Assembly: GCA_050739335.1 (NCBI GenBank)
Contig: JBOIBB010000024.1
Span: 1-51,414 of the forward strand
Direction: 5' to 3'
Length of the DNA: 51,414 bases
Source: Gammaproteobacteria bacterium
GTDB taxonomy: Bacteria; Pseudomonadota; Gammaproteobacteria; Natronospirales; REEB76
Shown: positions 9,209 through 19,835 of the stretch, one piece after another
How the letters are laid out: every line of letters begins with the position of its first letter
Position numbering within the stretch: position 1 is the first letter of the stretch
Translations under genes and position numbers: made by a program
Notes under the pieces: model-generated
The model's database searches: none
Told to the model about the DNA's origin: nothing
Seen by the model: only the letters and a program-made list of their open reading frames with translations

Positions 9209-11623
9209 TCAGTCTCCGCTATGACCGTCGTCGCTGGCGGTCGCCGGCGCTTCGCCTTGGTCGCGTGCGTGATAGAGCGGGAGCGTGGGCTCGGTAGGCC
9301 TGTCCGGTTCGTGGTGTGACGTCGGCTGTTCGGCGGCAGAAACTGATACCGGTGCAGGGTTGCTCATCGCCGGAGGCGTTAGCGGCAACGGCGCCGCAAC
9401 CGCCGCGGGTGCGGCGACCGAGGCGGATTGTGAAGCCCGAGGTGCGGATTCGACAGCCGGGTTGTGATCGGGGGAGGGGCTGACCGCGCGCGTCGTGGTA
9501 TCACGGTTGCCCTCATAGCGATGCCGCCGGCGCCCACCGCGGCGTCCGCGGCGCGTGTTGCGTGTGCGGTTGCCTTGCGAAGCGCCGTACTCATCTTGGC
9601 GGGGAGCTGGCGCCGGGGTCGGTGCGCTCGTGGAGGGCACGGACGTTGCGGCGGCCGGTGTAGTGGTACCGGCGCTGTCCTGGCGTGGCGCAGGCACCGC
9701 TACCGGTGCCCGGCTGCGATCCGGTGGGTAGGGCTGAGTGCGGTCCTGGCTCTGCGGGCGCGCCTGCGGCTCGCGTCGTTGTCCAGCGTTCTGGTTGCGG
9801 TTGGAGTCCGGACGGCGGCCGCCACGCGGCGCGCGCCGTCCGTATTCGTGATCACGTTGCCGGTCATGGCCGTGCGCCGAGTGGCGCGGCTCGGTGTGAT
9901 GTATCGGAGGTTCGGCGGGGCGGGCGGGAGCGGGTGTCGCGCTGCCGCCGGCAAGTGCGCGCCAGAGGCGTGCGAAAATCCCGGGTGAACGCGGCACCTC
10001 TGCGTGCACGAGTGGTGCGCGCGTCGCGGGTGTGATGCCTTTCACGGCCGGTTCTGGAGGCGGTTCGCGTTTGGCCGCCAGTCCCGGCGGTACGGGCGGC
10101 GCGGGTTCGGTGACGAGCTTGTAACTTGTGGTGTTGCCCGTCGGAGGAACTTCGTCGTCGCGCAAGCGCTGGATGTCGAAGCGCGGCGAATCGAGGTGCG
10201 GGTTCGGGACCAACACGATGCTGAGGTGACAGCGCTGTTCGATCTCGGAGATGATCACGCGCTTCTCGTTCAACAGGAAGGTCGCGATGTTCAGCGGCAG
10301 TTGCGCTACTACGCGCGCCGTGCGCTCCTTCATGGCTTCTTCTTCCAGCAAGCGCAACACCGAGAGTGATAGCGATTCGACACCGCGGATGTGACCCTCG
10401 CCATTACAACGCGGGCAGATTACCTGGGTGGATTCGCCCAGCGACGGACGCAGGCGCTGGCGCGACATCTCGAGCAGTCCGAAGCGCGAGAGCTTGCCGA
10501 CCTGAATGCGCGCGCGATCCATTTTGAGCGCATCACGCAGGCGGTCTTCGACCTCGCGCTGGTTCTTGGTCGGACCCATGTCGATGAAATCGATCACGAT
10601 CAGGCCGCCGAGGTCGCGCAGGCGCAACTGGCGGGCGACTTCGTCGGCCGCTTCGAGATTGGTACGCAGTGCGGTTTCCTCGATGTCGCCACCCTTGGTG
10701 GCGCGCGCCGAGTTCACGTCGATGGCCACCAGCGCTTCCGCATGATCGATGACTACGGCACCTCCGGAAGGCAGGTGTACTTCGCGCCCGAACGCCGCCT
10801 CGATCTGGCTTTCAATCTGATAGCGCGTGAATAATGGTACGCGATCTTCGTAGTGCTTGAGTTTAGCGAGGCTCTGCGGCATCACCTGTTCCATAAACTG
10901 CCGCGCTTCTTCGTACATCCTGTCGTCGTCGATCAGCACTTCGCTGATGTCGGTGCGTAGGTAGTCGCGCAGCGCGCGGATGATGACGTTGCTTTCCTGG
11001 TAAATCAGGAACGATGCGGGCCGCGTGGTAGACGCCTTGGATATCGCGTCCCAGATCTGCACCAGATAGTCCAGATCCCACTGCAGTTCCTCGACACTGC
11101 GACCCACGCCGGCGGTACGGATGATCATGCCCATGCTGTCCGGCAGCTTGAGCGCGGTCAGCGCTTCCCGCAGTTCGTCGCGGTCATCGCCCTCGACGCG
11201 GCGCGAGACTCCACCGGCATGCGGGTTGTTGGGCATCAGCACTAGAAAGCGTCCGGCCAGGCTGATGAAGGTGGTGAGTGCCGCACCCTTGTTGCCGCGC
11301 TCCTCCTTATCGACCTGTACCACGAGCTCTTGGTCTTCGTGCAGCAGTTCGCGGATGTTGAGGTGGCCCGAGAGGTCGGCACCGGGCTTGAAATAAGTGC
11401 GGGAGATTTCCTTGAGTGGCAGAAAGCCGTGACGTTCGGCGCCGTAGTCGACAAAACACGCTTCGAGGCTCGGCTCGATGCGGGTGATACGTCCCTTGTA
11501 GATATTGGCTTTTTTCTGTCCCCGGGACGGGACGTCGATGTCGAGATCGTAGAGCTTCTGGCCGTCTACCATGGCCACCCGCAACTCTTCCGGCTGAGTT
11601 GCATTCACCAGCATTCGCTTCAT
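9209..11623 (-). CDS. rne: Ribonuclease E
   Basis: N-terminal catalytic half [30 protein letters not shown]…, with S1, DNase-I-like and Zn-link CPRCNGEG regions. The C-terminal scaffold is low-complexity and Arg/Pro-rich. Start is taken at the conserved MKRML (11623) rather than the track ATG at 11665. Confidence 0.92.
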   Translation of the reverse strand: MKRMLVNATQPEELRVAMVDGQKLYDLDIDVPSRGQKKANIYKGRITRIEPSLEACFVDYGAERHGFLPLKEISRTYFKPGADLSGHLNIRELLHEDQELVVQVDKEERGNKGAALTTFISLAGRFLVLMPNNPHAGGVSRRVEGDDRDELREALTALKLPDSMGMIIRTAGVGRSVEELQWDLDYLVQIWDAISKASTTRPASFLIYQESNVIIRALRDYLRTDISEVLIDDDRMYEEARQFMEQVMPQSLAKLKHYEDRVPLFTRYQIESQIEAAFGREVHLPSGGAVVIDHAEALVAIDVNSARATKGGDIEETALRTNLEAADEVARQLRLRDLGGLIVIDFIDMGPTKNQREVEDRLRDALKMDRARIQVGKLSRFGLLEMSRQRLRPSLGESTQVICPRCNGEGHIRGVESLSLSVLRLLEEEAMKERTARVVAQLPLNIATFLLNEKRVIISEIEQRCHLSIVLVPNPHLDSPRFDIQRLRDDEVPPTGNTTSYKLVTEPAPPVPPGLAAKREPPPEPAVKGITPATRAPLVHAEVPRSPGIFARLWRALAGGSATPAPARPAEPPIHHTEPRHSAHGHDRQRDHEYGRRAPRGGRRPDSNRNQNAGQRREPQARPQSQDRTQPYPPDRSRAPVAVPAPRQDSAGTTTPAAATSVPSTSAPTPAPAPRQDEYGASQGNRTRNTRRGRRGGRRRHRYEGNRDTTTRAVSPSPDHNPAVESAPRASQSASVAAPAAVAAPLPLTPPAMSNPAPVSVSAAEQPTSHHEPDRPTEPTLPLYHARDQGEAPATASDDGHSGD

Positions 11624-11967
11624 GGGAATCTCGCAGACGCTCAACCACGGTCTGCGCTTGGTCAATCAGGCCGGACGGCCTCAGGCGTCTTGGCGCACAG
11701 TCTTCAGCTTGCGGTCAGGCGCCACGTGTCGCGGCGGCCATAACGAAACCCTGCCTGAGTTGCATATCGGCGCATCTTGACCACGCACGGGCATGGGAGC
11801 GCTAGTTCTGGCGGCGGTTGGCCAAGTGTTTCAGGCCCGCAGCGCCGCGTTTACAACACACGGGATTGTCCTATCCAAACAGACAATCCCACCTTAAAGT
11901 CGTTACCAGCCCTTGGAGGGCATCAACACCGCAGCTTTCACAACGTTTGCAGCGTGAGTGCGGCGCC
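11624..11967 (-). promoter_or_regulatory. Long structured rne 5' leader (candidate autoregulatory UTR)
   Basis: About 340 nt lie between the predicted promoter and the rne start, similar in length to the E. coli rne leader. It contains a perfect 9-bp hairpin (11862-11870 / 11882-11890) and is AT-richer than its surroundings. Confidence 0.4.
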
Positions 11968-11974
11968 GTAGGCT

Positions 11975-12004
11975 ACTATAACAGCGCCCCTCAGGGGCTT
12001 TCAA
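11975..12004 (-). promoter_or_regulatory. Candidate sigma-70 promoter for rne
   Basis: The minus strand reads TTGAAA (12004-11999), an 18-nt spacer, then TATAGT (11980-11975). Confidence 0.4.
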
Positions 12005-12036
12005 TCGTTCGAAGACTTTTATTTTCAGGAGTTTAT

Positions 12037-12981
12037 GTGGGAAACCACGTGCCCGTCGTCACGCATCGGTGCGTCGACAGCGAGCAGGCGCACCAGCGGC
12101 TCGACAATTTCCTGCTGCGCGAGCTCAAGGGCGTACCCAGGGGACATGTCTACCGGCTGTTGCGCACCGGGCAGGTGCGGGTCAACGGCAAGCGCGTCAA
12201 AGCCGAGTACCGCCTGCAGACGGGCGACGATCTGCGGTTGCCGCCAGTACGCCAGGCGGATCGGGAATTGCCCCGTGCACCGGGTAGCCGGCAGCTCGAG
12301 CGCCTGCGGGCGGCGATCCTGCACGAGGATGCCGAGCTGCTGATCATCAACAAGCCCGCAGGTATGCCGGTGCACGGTGGCAGCGGCGTGAGTTTCGGTG
12401 TGATCGAGATGCTGCGTCGGCTGCGCCCGGAGGAGCATGCGCTCGACCTCGTGCACCGCCTCGACCGCGACACCAGCGGTTGTTTGGTCGTGGCCCGCAA
12501 ACGTAGTGCCTTGCGGGCCTTGCACGCTGCAATTCGTGCAGGCGAGGTCGAGAAGCACTATTGCGCGTTGCTCGCGGGTGTCTGGCGCGGCGGCCCGCGC
12601 GAGGTCACCCTCGCGTTGCAAAAAAATGTCCTGCAAAGCGGCGAGCGTCGCGTGCGCGTGGCAACCGGGGGCAAGCCTTCGCAAACCCTGTTCAGCCCGC
12701 TGCAGCACTACGCCGATGCGAGTCTGATGGACGTGTTGATTCGTAGCGGTCGCACCCACCAGATCCGCGTGCATGCTGCTGCACTGCACCACCCGGTGCT
12801 GGGTGATGACAAGTACGGCGACCGCGATGCCAATCGCCGGCTGCGGGCCCACGGATTGACACGCATGTTTTTGCACGCGGCCCGCATTGCATTCGTGCAC
12901 CCCGCCACCGGCAAGCGCCTCGAAGTAAGCGCGCCGCTCGAGGAAGCGCTCGAGGTAGTGCTGGGGCGCCTGCCGCGCTAG
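12037..12981 (+). CDS. rluC: 23S rRNA pseudouridine synthase RluC
   Basis: S4 domain (QRLDNFLLRELKGVPRGHVYRLLRTGQVRVNG) plus RluA-family core (HRLDRDTSGCLVVA, GRTHQIRVH). It is divergent from rne as in E. coli. Start is taken at the GTG at 12037, 6 nt after AGGAG; the track start at 11818 would run through the rne leader. Confidence 0.85.
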   Translation: MGNHVPVVTHRCVDSEQAHQRLDNFLLRELKGVPRGHVYRLLRTGQVRVNGKRVKAEYRLQTGDDLRLPPVRQADRELPRAPGSRQLERLRAAILHEDAELLIINKPAGMPVHGGSGVSFGVIEMLRRLRPEEHALDLVHRLDRDTSGCLVVARKRSALRALHAAIRAGEVEKHYCALLAGVWRGGPREVTLALQKNVLQSGERRVRVATGGKPSQTLFSPLQHYADASLMDVLIRSGRTHQIRVHAAALHHPVLGDDKYGDRDANRRLRAHGLTRMFLHAARIAFVHPATGKRLEVSAPLEEALEVVLGRLPR

Positions 12982-13553
12982 GGCAGGGCGAGGCCGGCAG
13001 CGCGCAACAGGCGGCTGAGCGCAATCAGCGGCAGGCCCACGAGCGCTGTCGGATCTTCGGTTTCGATGCGCTCGCAAAGGCTGATGCCAAGGGCTTCGCT
13101 CTTGAAACTACCGGCGCATTGGTAGGGTTCGTCAGCGCGCAGATAGCGTTCGATCTCGGCACCGGTGAGCGTGCGGAAGGTGACGCGCGTGGTGTCGAGA
13201 TGTGTGTGCGGGAGTGGGTTGGCAGCAACCAGCACGCAGAGCCCAGTGTAAAAATCTACACGGCGTCCGGACACGTGCACGAGCTGCGCAACCGCATGGG
13301 TGTGATCACCGGGCTTGCCGAGAAGCGTACCGTCAAGTACGGCCACTTGGTCCGAGCCAATGACCACAGTCTGAGGATGGCGGTGCGCTACGGCTTGCGC
13401 CTTGGCGAGTGCGAGTCGCAGCGCGAGCTGGTCGGGTGCTTCGCGGGGTCCTGGGGTTTCATCGACTTCGGGTGGCACGCAGGCAAAGGGCAGGCCAAGG
13501 CGTCCAAGCAGGGCGCGTCGAAAGGGGGAGGTTGAAGCCAGCATGATTTGCAT
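12978..13553 (-). CDS. maf: Maf-like nucleoside-triphosphate pyrophosphatase (YceF type)
   Basis: MQIMLASTSPFRRALLGRLGLPF…VIGSDQV…AGSFKSEALG. It is divergent from yceD-rpmF as in E. coli. Start is taken at the conserved M (13553). Confidence 0.85.
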   Translation of the reverse strand: MQIMLASTSPFRRALLGRLGLPFACVPPEVDETPGPREAPDQLALRLALAKAQAVAHRHPQTVVIGSDQVAVLDGTLLGKPGDHTHAVAQLVHVSGRRVDFYTGLCVLVAANPLPHTHLDTTRVTFRTLTGAEIERYLRADEPYQCAGSFKSEALGISLCERIETEDPTALVGLPLIALSRLLRAAGLALP

Positions 13554-13631
13554 GGTGGTTTTTGTGTCCGTGCTCCAGCGCCAGCGAGGCATGTGAGTTC
13601 AGCAAAAACAACGGCTTGTAGCGCTTTCACT

Positions 13632-13660
13632 TTGACACATCCAAGACCTGAAAGTATCAT
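13632..13660 (+). promoter_or_regulatory. Near-consensus sigma-70 promoter for the yceD-rpmF-plsX-fabH cluster
   Basis: TTGACA (13632-13637), a 17-nt spacer, then TATCAT (13655-13660), located in the maf/yceD divergent spacer. Confidence 0.55.
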
Positions 13661-13693
13661 ACTGCGCCCGTATCGTATGCGCGGTCAGGCTAT

Positions 13694-14106
13694 TTGGACT
13701 TGAAGCGGATCGGTGCGGCGCCTGTCACCGTCAAAGGTAGTTTGCATACGGCTTCCCTGCCGCGTTTATGGACGCTTGCGCGGCTGCAAGGTGCAGCTAA
13801 CGTTCGGTTGCAGGTGACGAAGTCGGACGGAGAGTGGCGCCTCGATGCGTAGGTACAGGCTAGTTTTGAATTGACCTGTCAGCATTGCCTCGGGTCATTG
13901 ACCTATCCCGTGCGTGTGCAAGTGAGATTGGTCTGGGTAGCACGTGGTAGCGGTGCAGGGAGTCTGCCCGAAGGTTATGATGCCTTGGTTTCGGCCACGG
14001 GGAATGCAACCTGAGTCCTGCTGGGGTTTCGGAACCAAGCGCGCCCGCCGGCCAACACGCGGCGGCCGGACCGTTTGCAGTATTGGCGGCGCTCAAGCGC
14101 CATTGA
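13694..14106 (+). pseudogene. yceD: yceD (DUF177)-like gene, apparently disrupted
   Basis: The frame-2 translation …LDLKRIGAAPVTVKGSLHTASLPRL…GEWRLDA*VQASFELTCQHCLGSL…LPEGYDALV matches the YceD pattern. It carries an in-frame TAG at 13850-13852 and stops at a TGA at 14012-14014. The conserved tail …HGEC…GPFAVLAALKRH* is in another frame and ends at 14106. The total span is also about 30 aa short, and there is no ATG or GTG start; a TTG at 13694 is possible. Confidence 0.5.
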
Positions 14107-14145
14107 GATCATCAACGAACACGGCCGAGCCGGCAGGAGTTCAAC

Positions 14146-14328
14146 ATGGCAGTCCAGAAAAGTCGCGTACCCCCTTCGCGTCGCGGCCAGCGCCGCTCTC
14201 ATGATGCGCTGCGCGGACCGACGTTGAGCGTCGACAAGACTACCGGCGAGACCCATCGCCGTCACCACATTGGTGCCAACGGCCAATACCGTGGCAAAAC
14301 GATTCTGAATATTCCTCAGGAAGACTGA
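14146..14328 (+). CDS. rpmF: 50S ribosomal protein L32
   Basis: 60 aa starting [22 protein letters not shown]…, preceded by an AGGAG RBS. Confidence 0.95.
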   Translation: MAVQKSRVPPSRRGQRRSHDALRGPTLSVDKTTGETHRRHHIGANGQYRGKTILNIPQED

Positions 14329-14457
14329 AACTCCGCAGCCTCGGTGCCGCCAGCACTGCTGGTCGCCGCCTGTGGAACCCGTGCCAAGGAACCGGTGGGT
14401 GAGTAACCCATACGTGGTCGCCTGGTTGTCACGGGCGCAAAGGTCTTCGTCAGCCAC

Positions 14458-15495
14458 ATGAACAACACGAAAGTCACGATCGCGCTCGACGCCATGGGAG
14501 GTGATCGCGGACTGTCGATGGTGGTACCGGCGGCGGTGAGCATGCTCGTCGGGCACCCGTTTTTGCACATTATTCTCGTGGGCGATGTCGGTGCTCTGAA
14601 TGCCGCCGTCGCTGGCGAAGTCGAAACCTTCGGGGTGCGTCTGCGGGTGCAGCCCGCTTCGCAGATCGTGGAGATGAGCGACCTGCCTTCGCAGGCTCTG
14701 CGTCACAAGAAGGATTCCTCGATGCGCGTCGCCATTGACCTGGTCAAGGCCGGGGAGGCGGACGCCTGTGTGAGCGCCGGTAATACCGGCGCGCTCATGG
14801 CAACTGCACGCTTCGTCCTGAAAACGTTGCCGGGTATCGACCGGCCTGCCATCTGTGCGCTGATGCCTGCCTCCGGCGGGCAGACGCACATGCTTGATCT
14901 TGGCGCTAACGCGGACTGTACTCCTGAGCAGCTCTTCCAGTTCGGTATCATGGGCTCGGCGCTGGCGAGTTCGGTGTATCACATTGACGCGCCGCGGGTT
15001 GGGCTGCTCAATATCGGCGAAGAGGAGATCAAGGGTGTCGAAAAGGTGCGCGAGGCCGGCAAGCTGCTGGCTGCAGGTCCGCTGAATTACATCGGTTTTG
15101 TCGAAGGCAACGACATTTTTTCGGGTCGCGTGGATGTGGTGGTGACCGACGGTTTTGTCGGCAACGTGGCACTCAAGACCATCGAGGGGCTGGCCAAAAT
15201 GATCAGCGGCTACATACGCCAAGAGTTCCACCGCTCCGCCTTCACTCGCCTGCTCGCACTTGCCTCGATGCCAGTGTTGCGGGCGCTCAAGAAACGGCTC
15301 GATCCGCGTAACTACAACGGCGCGAGCCTGCTCGGCCTGCGCGGGGTCGTGATCAAGAGTCATGGAAGCTCCGACAGTGTGGCCTTCGCCAGCGCTATCC
15401 GCGTCGCCATCCTGGAAGTCCAGAACCAGGTTCCGCAGCGCATTAGCAAGCTGCTCACCACGAAACTCGCAGCCTCCGGAGATCCGGCCTCATGA
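14458..15495 (+). CDS. plsX: Phosphate acyltransferase PlsX
   Basis: 345 aa with [11 protein letters not shown]…[11 protein letters not shown]…[10 protein letters not shown]. It follows the rpmF-plsX-fabH synteny. Confidence 0.95.
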   Translation: MNNTKVTIALDAMGGDRGLSMVVPAAVSMLVGHPFLHIILVGDVGALNAAVAGEVETFGVRLRVQPASQIVEMSDLPSQALRHKKDSSMRVAIDLVKAGEADACVSAGNTGALMATARFVLKTLPGIDRPAICALMPASGGQTHMLDLGANADCTPEQLFQFGIMGSALASSVYHIDAPRVGLLNIGEEEIKGVEKVREAGKLLAAGPLNYIGFVEGNDIFSGRVDVVVTDGFVGNVALKTIEGLAKMISGYIRQEFHRSAFTRLLALASMPVLRALKKRLDPRNYNGASLLGLRGVVIKSHGSSDSVAFASAIRVAILEVQNQVPQRISKLLTTKLAASGDPAS

Positions 15496-16466
15496 AGCCC
15501 ATCTATGCACGTATCGCCGGCACCGGCAGCAGCTTGCCGGACAAGGTCCTGACCAACCAGGATCTGGAGAAGATGGTGGCCACGAGCGACGAATGGATTC
15601 GCGCGCGTACCGGCATCGAACGCCGCCACATCGCCGCCGAAAACGAGACCAACCTGGATTTTTGCGAGCGTGCCGCGCGCCAGGCCATGCAGGCGGCGGG
15701 CCTGGGACCGCAGGACCTCGACCTCGTAATCGTCGGCACCACCACACCGGACCAGATATTTCCCAATATGGGCTGCCTCCTGCAGCAGCGCATGGGTATC
15801 CGCGAATGCACGGCTTTCAGCCTGGAAGCCGCGTGCACGGGCTTCATTTACGCACTCGACATCGGCGAAAAATTCATCCGTGCTGGCAGCGTGCGGCACG
15901 CACTGATCGTGGGCGGCGAAACCCTTTCGCGCATGACCGACTGGACCGATCGCAGCACCTGTGTGCTGTTCGGCGATGGTGCCGGCGCCGTGGTGTTGGA
16001 GGCGAGTGACTCGCCCGGCATCCTTTCCACGCACCTGCACGCCGACGGCCAATACGCCGACCTGTTGTATTTCCCTTCCGGGGTGTCCAAGAAGCCCGAG
16101 AATTTTCGTGCGCGACGCGATTACATCCAGATGAAAGGCAGCGAGGTTTTCAAAGTGGCGGTGCGCAAGCTGGGTGACGTGGTGACGGAGGCGCTTGCAG
16201 CCAATCATCTGCCGGCCGAGAAACTCGACTGGCTGGTGCCGCATCAGGCCAATCTGCGCATCATCGAAGCCACGGCACGGCGGCTCAAGCTGCCGATGGC
16301 GCGTGTGGTGCTCACTGTGCAGGAGCACGGCAACACCTCGACTGCTTCGGTGCCGCTCGCGCTCGATGTCGCGGTGCGCGACGGCCGCATACGCCGTGGG
16401 CAGACGATCCTGCTCGAGGCCTTCGGTGCCGGATTCACTTGGGGTGCGGCGTTGATTCGCTATTGA
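15492..16466 (+). CDS. fabH: Beta-ketoacyl-ACP synthase III
   Basis: 324 aa with the active-site region [19 protein letters not shown] and [12 protein letters not shown]. It overlaps the plsX stop by 4 nt. Confidence 0.95.
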   Translation: MKPIYARIAGTGSSLPDKVLTNQDLEKMVATSDEWIRARTGIERRHIAAENETNLDFCERAARQAMQAAGLGPQDLDLVIVGTTTPDQIFPNMGCLLQQRMGIRECTAFSLEAACTGFIYALDIGEKFIRAGSVRHALIVGGETLSRMTDWTDRSTCVLFGDGAGAVVLEASDSPGILSTHLHADGQYADLLYFPSGVSKKPENFRARRDYIQMKGSEVFKVAVRKLGDVVTEALAANHLPAEKLDWLVPHQANLRIIEATARRLKLPMARVVLTVQEHGNTSTASVPLALDVAVRDGRIRRGQTILLEAFGAGFTWGAALIRY

Positions 16467-16514
16467 GCGCGCCGTTGGCCACGAAATTCTGAACGATCCA
16501 ACGGAGAGAGTCCT

Positions 16515-19500
16515 ATGAGTTGCAAGACCAGGATATCCGGGGTGTGCGGCGCCGCGTTGGTAGTACTGCTCTTGGTTGGCTTGAATGCGACCGCTGCCGA
16601 TACCGCGCCGATCAGCGCCGAATTGTTTGCGGGCCTGCACTGGCGCAACATCGGGCCGTTTCACGCCGGACGCACCGTGGCGGGCGCGGGCGTGGCCGGC
16701 GAACCCTACGTTTTTTATATCGGGGCCGTGGATGGGGGAGTATGGAAGACCACGAACGCGGGGTGGACCTGGAAGCCCATTTTTGACCATGAACCGGTGG
16801 CCTCGATCGGAGCGATTGCCGTAGCGCCTTCCGACCCGAACATTATTTACGTGGGCACCGGTGAAGCCGACCCGCGTTCCGAGATGTCTTACGGCGACGG
16901 TATGTACAAGTCCACCGATGCCGGCAAGACCTGGACGCATATCGGGCTCGACAAGAGCATGGAGATCGGCACGATCATCGTGGATCCGCACAATCCCGAG
17001 CGCTTGTTCGCGGCGGCACTCGGCAATATCTACGCCGCCAACCCCGAGCGCGGTATTTACCGCTCGACGGATGGTGGGCAAACTTGGCAGAAGGTGCTGT
17101 ACAAAAACGCGAACGTCGGCGGTATGAGCCTGGCTTTTGATCCCGACAATTCGCAGATCGTTTATGCAAGTCTTTGGGCGACGCGACGTCCGCCGTGGAG
17201 TGTGTACCCGCCATCCATCGGGCCGGGTTCGGGCATCTATAAATCCATCGACGGCGGCACGACTTGGAAGCAATTGACCGATGGCCTGCCGACCGAGGGC
17301 GTTGGCAAGATCGGCATTGCGGTGGCGCCGACCGATCCGAATCGTGTCTATGCGATCATCGGTACCAAGACCCAAGACGGGGGCGGCGGGTTATATCGCT
17401 CGGATAATGCCGGAGCGACCTGGACACTAGCGGATAGCGACCCGCGCATTTGGGGACGGCAGTGGTATTTCGGCCGCGTCACGGTGGATCCCAAGAATGA
17501 AAACACCCTGTATGTGATGAACGTGACCATTTACCGGTCCACCGACGGCGGCGTGAGTTTCGATGCCTGGAAGGGCAACTCGGGTGGCAACGATTTCAAG
17601 GAGCTGTGGATCAACCCCACCGACACGAACCTCATGCTGTCGACCAGCGATATGTTGGGTGGCGTCGTTACCCTGGATGGCGGCAAGATCTGGAGCACCT
17701 GGAACAATCAGCCGACCGGACAGTACTACGGTGTTTATGCCGACAACCAGTCGCCCTTCTGGGCGGGCGGTGCCATGCAGGACAGCGGCGGGCATTCGGT
17801 CGCCAGCGATGTGTCGAGCGGGCGGATTACCTACAGTGACGTGGCACACACTTGCACCGGTGGCGAAAGCGATCAAGTCGCGGCTGACCCCTTGAGCGTC
17901 GCGGAACTCTACGGCTCCGGCTTCGGAGGTCCCACCAAGTGCGACATGCTGACCGGTACCAGCGAAAGCATCTCGCCGCTCTTGGCCTATCCGGACACGG
18001 TCTTCCGGCACGACTGGACCATACCGGTGGCCTTTTCGATGGCCAACAAACACGCGTTCTACTACGCAAACCAGTCCTTGTTCCAGACGACGGACGGCGG
18101 ACAGACCTGGCAAAAGATCAGCCCGGACTTGAGCCGTGAACATCCCGGCATCCCGTCGAATCTCGATCCCACTGCGGCTGCGGATACTACTTACAACCAA
18201 AAGACGTTTGGCCCGCGCTGGGGCGTGATCTACACCATCGCGCCGTCGCCTCTCGCGGCGGGCACCATTTGGGTGGGTACCGACGACGGTCTGATCTGGG
18301 TAACCCACGACGACGGCAAGCACTGGAACAATGTCACACCTAAGTCGGTAACGGCGTGGAGCAAAGTAATCATGATCGGTGCGTCGCACTTCGACGCGAA
18401 CACGGCGTATGCCGCGATTGATCGGCATCGTTTGAATGACTTTGCGCCCCACGTATCACGCACTACGGATGGCGGCAAAACTTGGCAGGACGTGGATAGC
18501 GGTCTCCCGTCCAAGGGTTTCGTGGAGGCCATCAAACAGGATCCGGAACGCCAAGGTATGCTCTGGGCGGGCACACAGTTTGGCGTTTACGTTTCCTTTG
18601 ACCAAGGCGATCACTGGCAGTCGTTGAGCCTCAACATGCCGCCGGTTGAAATCCGTGACTTTGCGTTCAAGAACAATTCGGTGGCGATTGCCACATTTGG
18701 CCGGGGACTGTGGGTATTGGATGACTTGAGTCCGCTGCGCCAAGTGGATGCGGCCATTGCCGACTCGCCCGCTTATTTGTTCAAGCCGGAACCTGCAACG
18801 TTGCCCAAGGGTGGAGGAGGTTTTGGTGGTCAAACCAACTTGGTCGCGGCGGCCGACATGGATGTCCTCGACATCTGGTCGGGCGAACCGCGGATGAAGG
18901 GCGCGATCGTTGATTATTATCTGAAGTCCGACGCTGACGGTCCGGTCACGCTCGATGTGCTCGATTCGAGCGGCCAGGTCATCAGCCACTATTCGAGCGC
19001 GACCGTATATCCGGAGCCCGACCCCAAGTCGCTGACCGTGCCCTTGGTTTGGGTGACCCGGCCCGCGCCCCTGTTGGCCGCGGCGGGCATGCATCGCTTC
19101 GCCTGGGATTTGCGTGTGGTAACGCCACGCAACCCGGCAGCGACTGGAGTGGAAGCGTTCTTTGGCGGCGGCGGTCACGAAGCCTTGCCGGGCCAGTACA
19201 CCGTGCGACTGACCGTCGATGGACAAAGCTACAGTCAGCCTTTGACGGTCGAGCCGCCGGCGATTTCTCGGGCGCCACGGATCGTGCGGTACAACGCCGA
19301 AAACAAACAGGCACAGGTGCAACTGCTCGGCCGCATTCAGAGCTTGCAAGGCGAGGTGAGTGAGGCGGAGCGCGATGCAGGAAAGTTGCGTGCACAATTG
19401 GCGACGCTGGGGGCGCATGCTACCGGGCCGTTGGCGAACTCAATCAGATCGATGGATGAGAAAGCTCGCCGCCTTCAAGGCTTTGCCGCACCGCCCGCAC

Positions 19501-19757
19501 CAAACACCTCCGGTGAGGGCGCGGCTACTCCGGCTACCGATAGCCTCATGGGTTTGGGTTCCACGCTGCGTGGGTTGGGCTTCGCCTTGCAACAGGGGGG
19601 CACGAGTCCGCCGAAGCCAGCCATCGTGACGGGCTTCGACAAGACCCGCGCAACCGCACAAAGAACTCTCACTGCTTGGCGGCAGTTGAAGATGCGGAAT
19701 GTCGAGCAGCTCAATGTGCAACTGCGCAAGGCCGATCTACCCGCGATCCGGTCCTGA
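16515..19757 (+). CDS. Secreted Asp-box (BNR) repeat double beta-propeller protein (sortilin/VPS10- or GH74-like) with a coiled-coil tail
   Basis: 1080 aa with a signal peptide (…LNATA|AD). It has at least 9 SxDxGxTW-type Asp-boxes (STDAGKTW, STDGGQTW, SIDGGTTW, SDNAGATW, STDGGVSF, TTDGGQTW, THDDGKHW, TTDGGKTW, SFDQGDHW). The last approximately 170 aa are heptad-like and low-complexity. It is slightly less GC-rich than its neighbours. Confidence 0.8.
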   Translation: MSCKTRISGVCGAALVVLLLVGLNATAADTAPISAELFAGLHWRNIGPFHAGRTVAGAGVAGEPYVFYIGAVDGGVWKTTNAGWTWKPIFDHEPVASIGAIAVAPSDPNIIYVGTGEADPRSEMSYGDGMYKSTDAGKTWTHIGLDKSMEIGTIIVDPHNPERLFAAALGNIYAANPERGIYRSTDGGQTWQKVLYKNANVGGMSLAFDPDNSQIVYASLWATRRPPWSVYPPSIGPGSGIYKSIDGGTTWKQLTDGLPTEGVGKIGIAVAPTDPNRVYAIIGTKTQDGGGGLYRSDNAGATWTLADSDPRIWGRQWYFGRVTVDPKNENTLYVMNVTIYRSTDGGVSFDAWKGNSGGNDFKELWINPTDTNLMLSTSDMLGGVVTLDGGKIWSTWNNQPTGQYYGVYADNQSPFWAGGAMQDSGGHSVASDVSSGRITYSDVAHTCTGGESDQVAADPLSVAELYGSGFGGPTKCDMLTGTSESISPLLAYPDTVFRHDWTIPVAFSMANKHAFYYANQSLFQTTDGGQTWQKISPDLSREHPGIPSNLDPTAAADTTYNQKTFGPRWGVIYTIAPSPLAAGTIWVGTDDGLIWVTHDDGKHWNNVTPKSVTAWSKVIMIGASHFDANTAYAAIDRHRLNDFAPHVSRTTDGGKTWQDVDSGLPSKGFVEAIKQDPERQGMLWAGTQFGVYVSFDQGDHWQSLSLNMPPVEIRDFAFKNNSVAIATFGRGLWVLDDLSPLRQVDAAIADSPAYLFKPEPATLPKGGGGFGGQTNLVAAADMDVLDIWSGEPRMKGAIVDYYLKSDADGPVTLDVLDSSGQVISHYSSATVYPEPDPKSLTVPLVWVTRPAPLLAAAGMHRFAWDLRVVTPRNPAATGVEAFFGGGGHEALPGQYTVRLTVDGQSYSQPLTVEPPAISRAPRIVRYNAENKQAQVQLLGRIQSLQGEVSEAERDAGKLRAQLATLGAHATGPLANSIRSMDEKARRLQGFAAPPAPNTSGEGAATPATDSLMGLGSTLRGLGFALQQGGTSPPKPAIVTGFDKTRATAQRTLTAWRQLKMRNVEQLNVQLRKADLPAIRS

Positions 19758-19785
19758 CCTTCAAGGCGAGCACGCATAGCACGAG

Positions 19786-19812
19786 GCCGTGCCGGAAATC
19801 TTCCGGCGCGGC
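19786..19812. terminator. Hairpin between convergent genes (candidate bidirectional terminator)
   Basis: GCCGTGCCGGAA…TTCCGGCGCGGC forms an imperfect approximately 12-bp inverted repeat with one mismatch, between the BNR gene stop and the cytochrome gene stop. Confidence 0.4.
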
Positions 19813-19835
19813 TTGGTGCTGTCTGTGTCTGTCGG

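Noticed and set aside
13850-13852. The in-frame TAG in yceD as programmed recoding (pyrrolysine or read-through).
   Set aside because: There is no pyl machinery context in a gammaproteobacterium. The same gene also has a frameshift or deletion and lacks a normal start, so decay or sequence error is the simpler explanation.
15360-17375. 671-aa minus-strand ORF spanning fabH and the start of the BNR gene. Similar long antisense ORFs include 41303-42913 (536 aa), 28957-30393 (478 aa), 13975-15363 (462 aa), 22191-23477 (428 aa), 6654-7778, 37500-38621, 39005-40090, 45865-46974 and 12025-13077.
   Set aside because: Each lies antisense to a strongly conserved, motif-verified gene. Their composition is Arg/His/Ala/Gly-rich with no recognisable domains. 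Long stop-free antisense frames are expected in GC-rich DNA.
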